Part shown: positions 63,524 through 64,000 of the stretch, piece by piece | Position numbering within the stretch: position 1 is the stretch's first letter | Layout: each line of letters begins with the position of its first letter | Program-made: the position numbers and the translations under genes | DNA from: an uncultured bacterium | GTDB taxonomy: Bacteria > JAGOEH01 | Direction of reading: 5' to 3' | NCBI GenBank assembly: GCA_964632485.1 | Contig: CAZWDO010000001.1 | Coordinates: 1 to 64,000 of the forward strand | DNA: 64,000 nt | Notes under the pieces: generated by a model | Told to the model about the DNA's origin: nothing | The model's database searches: none | Seen by the model: only the letters and a program-made list of their open reading frames with translations

Positions 63524-64000
63524 CTAATTACCTTCTTTGTCGATATAAAACAAATAGAGAACCGCTACCAGGGTGATCAATGTGATAACACCCTCCCAGA
63601 GAGGATTTTCCTGACCGGGAAGTTTTTCCTGTTTGATCAAGGCGGGATCATCCATAGCCGCTTCCGCCTGGGCATAACTCAGGGTATCAAATGCTTCACC
63701 GTAGATCACAAACTGCTGGCCAACGCGATTATCACTCAGGATCAATCGGCAGCCGACCGTAATACGCGCCCGTCTTTCAACCTTTCCGGATTGAAAGAGA
63801 TACCGCTTTTTCAGGGATTTATAGACAATATCAAAATCGCGGATACGATATTCAAAACGGCTGAAGGGAATATCAGCAGTTGAGCTGTCATAAACCATCA
63901 GCCCTCTATCCATTATTTTTTGAAACAACACCATTTCAATCAGATAATTATAGCCGTGTGGCGAAGCCGGAAATAAGACGAATCCCTGATCGGATACCAG
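63524..64000 (-). CDS. Hypothetical protein with C-terminal TM anchor, 5'-partial
   Basis: Frame stays open upstream of ATG 63934 to the window edge; C-terminal 'LWEGVITLITLVAVLYLFY'. Confidence 0.65.
   Translation of the reverse strand: MVSDQGFVLFPASPHGYNYLIEMVLFQKIMDRGLMVYDSSTADIPFSRFEYRIRDFDIVYKSLKKRYLFQSGKVERRARITVGCRLILSDNRVGQQFVIYGEAFDTLSYAQAEAAMDDPALIKQEKLPGQENPLWEGVITLITLVAVLYLFYIDKEGN

Overview
Bacterial draft scaffold with two N gaps (5435-5444, 39707-39751), probably an anaerobe of the FCB superphylum. This is inferred from two proteins with FlgD-Ig/T9SS-type 'PNPFN' C-terminal domains. 1-9.9 kb: a giant, very GC-rich repeat-built surface protein, split by a frameshift and a gap, followed by a second secreted protein. 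10-25 kb: an accessory, defence-like region. Two convergent AAA-ATPase/PD-(D/E)XK genes with CGTC-type REP palindromes bracket an AT-rich four-gene unit: Cys-rich lipoprotein, periplasmic coiled-coil single-pass membrane protein, divergent FtsZ/tubulin-like GTPase, and NERD nuclease-SF1 helicase. This unit is the best candidate for an undescribed system. Next come an internally deleted IS1634-type element that joins a truncated Zn-ribbon gene to a truncated BREX type 3 brxF, and an IS630 scrap. 25-32.5 kb: isochorismatase, CheB/CheR-PAS fusion, hybrid histidine kinase, thioesterase. 32.6-45.9 kb: a complete Mbx/Mbs-type Mrp-complex I-like operon (fused H/H', MbxN fused to a GltD-like flavoprotein) next to a CoA-disulfide reductase-rhodanese. 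46-64 kb: core genes (carAB, HldC-GmhB fusion, PTS EIIA, GT4, mnmA, purF, lexA with a candidate SOS box, tRNA-Arg(CCG)) and a CHASE2 cyclase-SH3-M48-PP2C-STAS-ECF sigma-anti-sigma cluster. Six ORFs appear leaderless (-10 box, exactly 6 nt, then ATG). All calls come from motif recognition by eye; no searches were run.
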